The notes under the pieces were generated by a model. It was not told the origin of the DNA and ran no database searches. It saw only the letters and a list, made by a program, of their open reading frames with translations. A DNA stretch of 64,000 nucleotides, taken from an uncultured Holophaga sp. (GTDB taxonomy: Bacteria; Acidobacteriota; Holophagae; Holophagales; Holophagaceae). Below, piece after piece: positions 59,701-64,000 of the stretch (positions are counted from its first letter, which is position 1; each line of letters begins with the position of its first letter). Location: NCBI GenBank assembly GCA_963664825.1, contig OY761614.1, positions 608,001 to 672,000 on the forward strand. Direction: 5' to 3'. The translations under genes and the position numbers were made by a program.

Positions 59701-61686
59701 GGTGTTGTTGTTGTCGGCGCCGTCCGTGAACACGATGAGGAAGTGGTTCCCGCACTGGGAAGGAGCGTCCAGCCCCGTCTCCACGCTGTTGAAGACGCTA
59801 TTGGGGTCCGTGAACTGGGCCAGGGCCCGGGCCGTGGCATAGGTCAGGGGCGTGCCGTTATAGGCGAAGAGGCTCGCGATGCGGCTCATGGCCGCGACTG
59901 AATTCCCGTTCAGCAGCGTCCAACCCGAATCGCCCCCGTCCATGACCGTCGTGGAGGGATCCGTGGCATCCAGGGTGGTCTTGGAATTGTTGTTGATGGT
60001 GTTGCCGTTCGTGGGGTTGGCCTCATTGTCCACATCTAGGAAACGGTAGGCCCAGAAGACATCCGCCTGGAAATTGATCCAGGTCTGGATGGCGGCCCGC
60101 TTCACAGCCTGGGCCCGCGTGAGCCCCGGGATGCGCATATCCGTGGCCAGGGGATCCGGAGTGACCGTGAGGGAGGCCAGATCCGAAGTCGAATCCCCCA
60201 GGTAGGTGATCCCATCCAGGGCGTAGAGGGGGATCTTGATGTGCTCGGTGGCCCCCATGGAGCCGTGGCCCTGGCCCCAGTTCGCATTTCCCTGTCCGGC
60301 CACGAGGTTGGCATTGGCCGCGTCGAAGACGATGTACTTGCCCACAAAGAAGCTGTTGGTGGTGTAGTTCGGGCTGGAGGCATCCGCGTTCTGGTACTTG
60401 CCCTTGAAGAGCCAGTCGATGTAATCGGCCCGGTAGGTGCCCACGTAGCCCGTGCGGGTGGTCTGGAGCGTCGTGCTCGTCTGCTGGGTAGCATCTCCGG
60501 TCAGCACCTGGGAGCCGTGGGACAGCGTGTAGCACCGGTCCATCTCGATATCCGTGCCGCTCCCATAGGTGCTCGTCGTGAAATCGGAGTTGATGCGAGT
60601 GAAGACCGGGTCGGGCATCTTCCAGGAGGTCAGAGGGTTCGAATCGGAATTCCGGCTGGTGAGCTTCCAGGGAATGGGGATATCCAGCGTGCGCAGGACC
60701 GAGCCATCCAGGTATTCGAAGCGCACATGGCTGGCGGCGCGCACCCAGTTGCGCACATCATTCTTCCCAAAGGTCGCGCCATACAATCCGGATGCAGTCG
60801 TGGTGGACACGTCCGCATCGCTCTCGGTGACGATATCGCCGCTGGGCTTGATCAGCTTCGTGCTGGTCAGGGTGCCCACGGTGTTGCCCTGAAGGGTCGC
60901 CGTCACGGTGCCGGGAGTGACAGGAGCCCCGGCGGCGGGGGCGACCCAGGCCGTGGACTGGACACTGGAAGTCCAGGACGTGCCCGAACCCACTGTGCCA
61001 CCGCTCGTCGCGGCGGGGGAAAGCGTCGTGATCCATGGACCGGATACCGTCCAGGTGAGGCCGCTATTGAATGTGCAGCCACAGGCGCTCGCGACATTCG
61101 AAAGGTTGGTGGCCCTATAGCCACCACTATCCGTGCTCCCCCTCATCGTAACGGTAGCCGAAAAGGTGTAGGACGTGCCGGTGGTAGTCGTGCCTGTGGG
61201 GGCTCTCGTGATATTGGAGATGCGCGTCCACAGGTACCTGCGACTCCCCCCCGAACCATAACTGAAGGAGAATTCTCCGTTGTTCCTTGTGGTCACCGTG
61301 TTGGAGCCTACCGTGACATAGATTTCCGCCCACACATTGGTGTTCTGGACGGAGGTGGCCCGGATCGTGTAGGTGCCGGGCGTCGTCGCCCCGGTGCCGG
61401 GACTGAGCGAGAAGCTCATGTTCCCCTTCGGGCTGCTATCGAGGGCATCGGTATTCACGAACAACGGGTGGTACATCAGGGCGGCCATGGACCCCGAGAA
61501 GTCGAAGACCGTGACGATCTCGGGCTTGGCCTTCAGGCTGGTGGAAGCCTGGTAGAGATCCAGGAAATCGGTCTTGCTGCCCTGGAGCCTGGGGTCCAGC
61601 TGGGCGTGGAGGGGCAGGAGGGCGGCCAGGCATCCCAACAGGAGGCCCTGGAACATTCGGCTGAAGCTTCTCGGATGACGGAACAT
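56767..61686 (-). CDS. pilY1: type IV pilus tip adhesin PilY1/PilC-like (vWA-like region plus beta-propeller)
   Basis: Signal peptide, DFSGS/TPL/FTDG vWA motifs, MGDIINS, VGTNQGWLHAF, ELWSFMP, VDGSP and GLRKGGRSYYALD. GAGGAG RBS. Confidence 0.88.
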   Translation of the reverse strand: MFRHPRSFSRMFQGLLLGCLAALLPLHAQLDPRLQGSKTDFLDLYQASTSLKAKPEIVTVFDFSGSMAALMYHPLFVNTDALDSSPKGNMSFSLSPGTGATTPGTYTIRATSVQNTNVWAEIYVTVGSNTVTTRNNGEFSFSYGSGGSRRYLWTRISNITRAPTGTTTTGTSYTFSATVTMRGSTDSGGYRATNLSNVASACGCTFNSGLTWTVSGPWITTLSPAATSGGTVGSGTSWTSSVQSTAWVAPAAGAPVTPGTVTATLQGNTVGTLTSTKLIKPSGDIVTESDADVSTTTASGLYGATFGKNDVRNWVRAASHVRFEYLDGSVLRTLDIPIPWKLTSRNSDSNPLTSWKMPDPVFTRINSDFTTSTYGSGTDIEMDRCYTLSHGSQVLTGDATQQTSTTLQTTRTGYVGTYRADYIDWLFKGKYQNADASSPNYTTNSFFVGKYIVFDAANANLVAGQGNANWGQGHGSMGATEHIKIPLYALDGITYLGDSTSDLASLTVTPDPLATDMRIPGLTRAQAVKRAAIQTWINFQADVFWAYRFLDVDNEANPTNGNTINNNSKTTLDATDPSTTVMDGGDSGWTLLNGNSVAAMSRIASLFAYNGTPLTYATARALAQFTDPNSVFNSVETGLDAPSQCGNHFLIVFTDGADNNNTSTPNQNMDTPYLVAASGTTKVNALAGNRAIIANRASIDRTGSYWNMFTFAGVAAHMCDSSMGAVGTDYLAALNPGTTTTSGTPRSFLPYAIKKRNGVDFGYDHPITTMAVGVSLGGKYTDSGAKRNLFLTAAVGDKGMPATEDISTLTPFVWEAKPGATTDFPEVGQKKSGSLYFFDATNPEKLNTDLRRAFLEMTGAPNINATANPNLPFVGASLGKQIYAGKFQPPVTGGAVWPGDLLMFGTREVNGQTLILDKTGSQASTLDANTAQWSAKDALFYARLWSARKLYTRVPGGTALKPFTDTGTDYSDATNGLQKYVTTSLAAGSAAQRAVIQFAAGGDTVKGPYDADGRPTVNRTNIMGDIINSAPAALEYKWSDVSARLTPRLAAVGGNRFRLILVGTNQGWLHAFGEVTKTTTLAAPNPNAGQQIIEGAVDELWSFMPTDFLANLNYITVPNNPHRFMVDGSPALYHLDLPPSGGGAGNGVVDSTERAIAVIGLRKGGRSYYALDIHDPFTPTLQWTLVPDEAASFPSTRILAGGPTLSGVTDILAKWGFSTCTPAFGRIQFNSVIRDAVFLGGGFSVPEVEASFPDGSGNSTPLGRSVMALDVYSGAVLAVKNLTDSNIGGSTVGPVAGGLIPFEYILNSGMAQRAYFLDYKGGLWAWGSKAVSATDPYVDFRIDSSQLTNWSMRKVYQDSNKTTALGARYSTLPAPFRVGTFPGVGKAGSVAPSAVGVAMVSGDRNNPLDQKYNTTTDIAPINHRLTVVFDRQDSRAWGLDSAAGPDAGITDGGLANFTDNNVSSTPANACGDDIFKYITPGCPDYYLASYTVGPPNVYGTPKFGYYVNFPSIDRGFTPKGINPPMVVAGSLFYTYFQPIKADPCKPGDGESYSWLITDVKNPIVKDTRSGFVPLSGQTDKWAGVASDYIAVGTRGVLQGGAVLVSGAPTGSSLTTPEIHTIRGTASQRFPKPRVWRTVH

Positions 61687-61702
61687 GGCCCACTCCTCTG
61701 AC

Positions 61703-62311
61703 TTACTGGACGGGTGTGGAGATCCATGCTTCCTTCGCATGGATGAAGGTGACGGCGCCCTGCAGCACCTGGGCATCCGACCGAACCGCCCAGAGATCGG
61801 GGGCCTGGAGCAAGAGGCCTCCGGAGGCGGGCGTGAAGGCGCCCGACCCGGATCCCTGGCTGATATCAGTGATAGGCAGCTTGCCCATGCGGGTGAGTCC
61901 GAGGGTGAAGCCCTGGGTGACGTTCGCGGGACCCGGCAACTTCAGATCCGATTGCAGCGTTCTCCCGGGCAAGTAATCGCCGCCCGTGCTGATGTCCTTG
62001 GCGACCCCCGAAAGGGTGTCATCCGTGAGCAGGGTCGTCTTCAGGGTGGTCAATTGCAGGGCGGCCCCAGCGGTGGCCAGCTTGCCGTTCTCCAAATCGA
62101 TCCAATGGATGGACCACTCGATGCCCGAATCGGCCACGTTGCGGGTCATGGCCCCCTGGCGGCTGAAGCCCGAGGTGATGATCTCCCGGAAGGAATTCCG
62201 GGACATGCCCAGGGCCGCGATGGTCAGGAGCACCAGCAGCATGAGCGAGACCAGGATGGTGATGCCACCGGCCTGGGGAGAACCCGGATCGTGTCGCACA
62301 GGAATCTTCAT
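61703..62311 (-). CDS. pilX: PilX-like minor pilin
   Basis: QAGG-ITILVSLMLLVLLTI (no Glu5) and ADSGIE motif, located between pilW and pilY1. Confidence 0.82.
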   Translation of the reverse strand: MKIPVRHDPGSPQAGGITILVSLMLLVLLTIAALGMSRNSFREIITSGFSRQGAMTRNVADSGIEWSIHWIDLENGKLATAGAALQLTTLKTTLLTDDTLSGVAKDISTGGDYLPGRTLQSDLKLPGPANVTQGFTLGLTRMGKLPITDISQGSGSGAFTPASGGLLLQAPDLWAVRSDAQVLQGAVTFIHAKEAWISTPVQ

Positions 62312-62320
62312 GGCTGCCCC

Positions 62321-63493
62321 CTAGTTCATGGTCAAGCCCGAATGCCGTGGTACGAAGACGAGGCTCTGGGTCAGGTCCTTGTAGGCCAACGTATTCAGGG
62401 TGCTGGAATACTCCGTGCGCTGGGACGCCGTGCGCGTGCTGACGTCGACTCTCACCAGGGTGGGAATGGAACGGAACCAGTGCTCGCTGGCCCGGGTGGT
62501 CTGGTGGTCGGGCCGCCCCGAATTCACCAGCTGCGCGTCCAGCTGGGCGCGGATCCCCTGATCCCATCCGGCGGAGAACCCCGTGGTGGTCGCGGGGAGC
62601 CCGAACCCGGCCCAGTTCTGCCCATCCGTGCTGAGGTAGACCTTGAAGCCCGAGACGTTCTCCGTGATGATCTGCTGCGGCAGCGTGGCGTGGAACTCGG
62701 CTCCGTTGTAGACCCCCTGGTCCCTCACGAGACAGGGGATGCCATTGGCGTTGAGCGGGTCGAGATTGAGGAGCATGATCCGGTAGCGCACCATCTGGGC
62801 CGGCTGGATGAACACGATGCCGCTGCCTCCCAGATGCTTGGACTTGACGGGGAGCCCTGCGGCCCCCGTGCCCGTGATGGAGGCCGCAGGATCCGGACCC
62901 GCCACCACGGTGACGTTCGAGCCCGAAGGCTCCGGGTCCGCATTGATGAAGGCGATTTCCCAGGAGTCCTTGAAGATGAAGATCTGTCCCTTCTTGACCT
63001 GACCTGCGTAGGTCGGCGAATCCGCGCAATTGATGACATAGGTGTTATCGGTCACCGTTGGGGCAGTGCCTGCCAAGACCAGCTCTGCGGCCGTCTGCTG
63101 GGGGGCCGCTCCACTCAGCGTCCCCTCAAAGGGGAGAGGCTGGTCCATGTAGAAGTAAAGCTCGTCGGTAGTCTGGGGATCATGAACCCCGGCGCCCGGG
63201 ATGGACACGTTGGGCAGGATGAAGAAGGGCGGGACCGTCGCCACCACGGCGGGAGGCACCGAGAGATCCACCAGATACATGGCGGCCGTATTGAGATCGT
63301 CACCCAGCAGATCAATGGACATGCGGTTGCGACGGGCGCTGGAGAGCTGTTCCCCGGAGGTGTAGAAGGTGGACAGGCTGCCCTTGAAGACCGCCGCCAT
63401 GCCCGCCATCAGGATCCCCGTGAAGACCAGGGCCACGAGCATCTCGACAAGCGAAAAGCCATCGGCACAGGAGCAGGAGCGAGGCTTAGCCAT
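62321..63493 (-). CDS. pilW: PilW-like minor pilin
   Basis: GFSLVEMLVAL prepilin motif and 'ENVSGFKV.L' pattern. Confidence 0.82.
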   Translation of the reverse strand: MAKPRSCSCADGFSLVEMLVALVFTGILMAGMAAVFKGSLSTFYTSGEQLSSARRNRMSIDLLGDDLNTAAMYLVDLSVPPAVVATVPPFFILPNVSIPGAGVHDPQTTDELYFYMDQPLPFEGTLSGAAPQQTAAELVLAGTAPTVTDNTYVINCADSPTYAGQVKKGQIFIFKDSWEIAFINADPEPSGSNVTVVAGPDPAASITGTGAAGLPVKSKHLGGSGIVFIQPAQMVRYRIMLLNLDPLNANGIPCLVRDQGVYNGAEFHATLPQQIITENVSGFKVYLSTDGQNWAGFGLPATTTGFSAGWDQGIRAQLDAQLVNSGRPDHQTTRASEHWFRSIPTLVRVDVSTRTASQRTEYSSTLNTLAYKDLTQSLVFVPRHSGLTMN

Positions 63494-64000
63494 GGACGAT
63501 CCTCCGAGTGAGGGAGAGCGTGCGCTGGATGGGCGCGCTGGCGCGATCCACGTTGTCGACGAACTGCACCTGCACGCTCACATCGGAGATCCGCCCGGTG
63601 GCGGCGGCCGCAGCCGGTACCCGCGTGGTGGTGACCGTGAAGAAGGGAGTGCTCAGGGCCGGATCCGTGGAAACGGCATCCGGGGCCCCTCCCCGGATAT
63701 TGAAGGTCTCGACCAGCTGTCCGTCAGCGGGGATGACGATGTATCTGAGATTCGGAAGATCGGCGGCGATGCTGGGGGCAGCGCGGTTGGTGTCGGTGAG
63801 GTTGAGCCAGCTCAGGCGCCCCTCCATCTCCACCCGGTCCATCACCTGCTCGGCCACCAGGATCGCCGTGGATAGACTCTTGCTGCCGCGGGAGGCCCGC
63901 AGGGACATGGTCTGGAGCATGGTGAGCCCAAGAATGCCGATGGCCAGGATGAAGGCCGTGATCAGCATCTCGATCATGCTGAAGCCAGCCTGGGCGCCCC
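63486..64000 (-). CDS. pilV: PilV-like minor pilin (5' end beyond the window)
   Basis: Frame open to the edge: GAQAG-FSMIEMLITAFILAIGILGLTMLQ. Confidence 0.82.
   Translation of the reverse strand, partial: GAQAGFSMIEMLITAFILAIGILGLTMLQTMSLRASRGSKSLSTAILVAEQVMDRVEMEGRLSWLNLTDTNRAAPSIAADLPNLRYIVIPADGQLVETFNIRGGAPDAVSTDPALSTPFFTVTTTRVPAAAAATGRISDVSVQVQFVDNVDRASAPIQRTLSLTRRIVHG

Overview
GC-rich bacterial chromosome segment made up mostly of core genes. The gene content suggests a diderm, tentatively Acidobacteriota/Holophagae-like; this is an impression and was not checked against a database. It holds a complete minus-strand rRNA operon (16S, tRNA-Ala, tRNA-Ile, 23S, 5S) followed immediately by RNase P RNA. 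Housekeeping genes include ftsX, trxA, waaA, glgC-glgA, sbcD-sbcC, aroF, a FabH-family enzyme, ileS-lspA, trmFO, prmC, a two-subunit fumarate hydratase, holA, lptE, hpt, rnj and rsmA. There is a flagellar block (flgH-I-J-M, two small ORFs, flgK-L) with recognisable sigma54 and sigma28 promoters, and a type IV minor pilin cluster (pilV-W-X-Y1). No CRISPR array, transposase or phage was seen. Three unexplained structures stand out. (1) A two-unit, GTGA-bounded repeat built from GNA-triloop hairpins sits at the sbcD/sbcC junction and forms a 50-codon bridging mini-ORF that would preserve translational coupling. (2) An ECF sigma / HEAT-repeat anti-sigma / membrane-protein module carries a duplicated candidate promoter motif that overlaps upstream TAA stop codons. 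(3) A protein without a J domain has eight CxxC knuckles in mirror-symmetric spacing.
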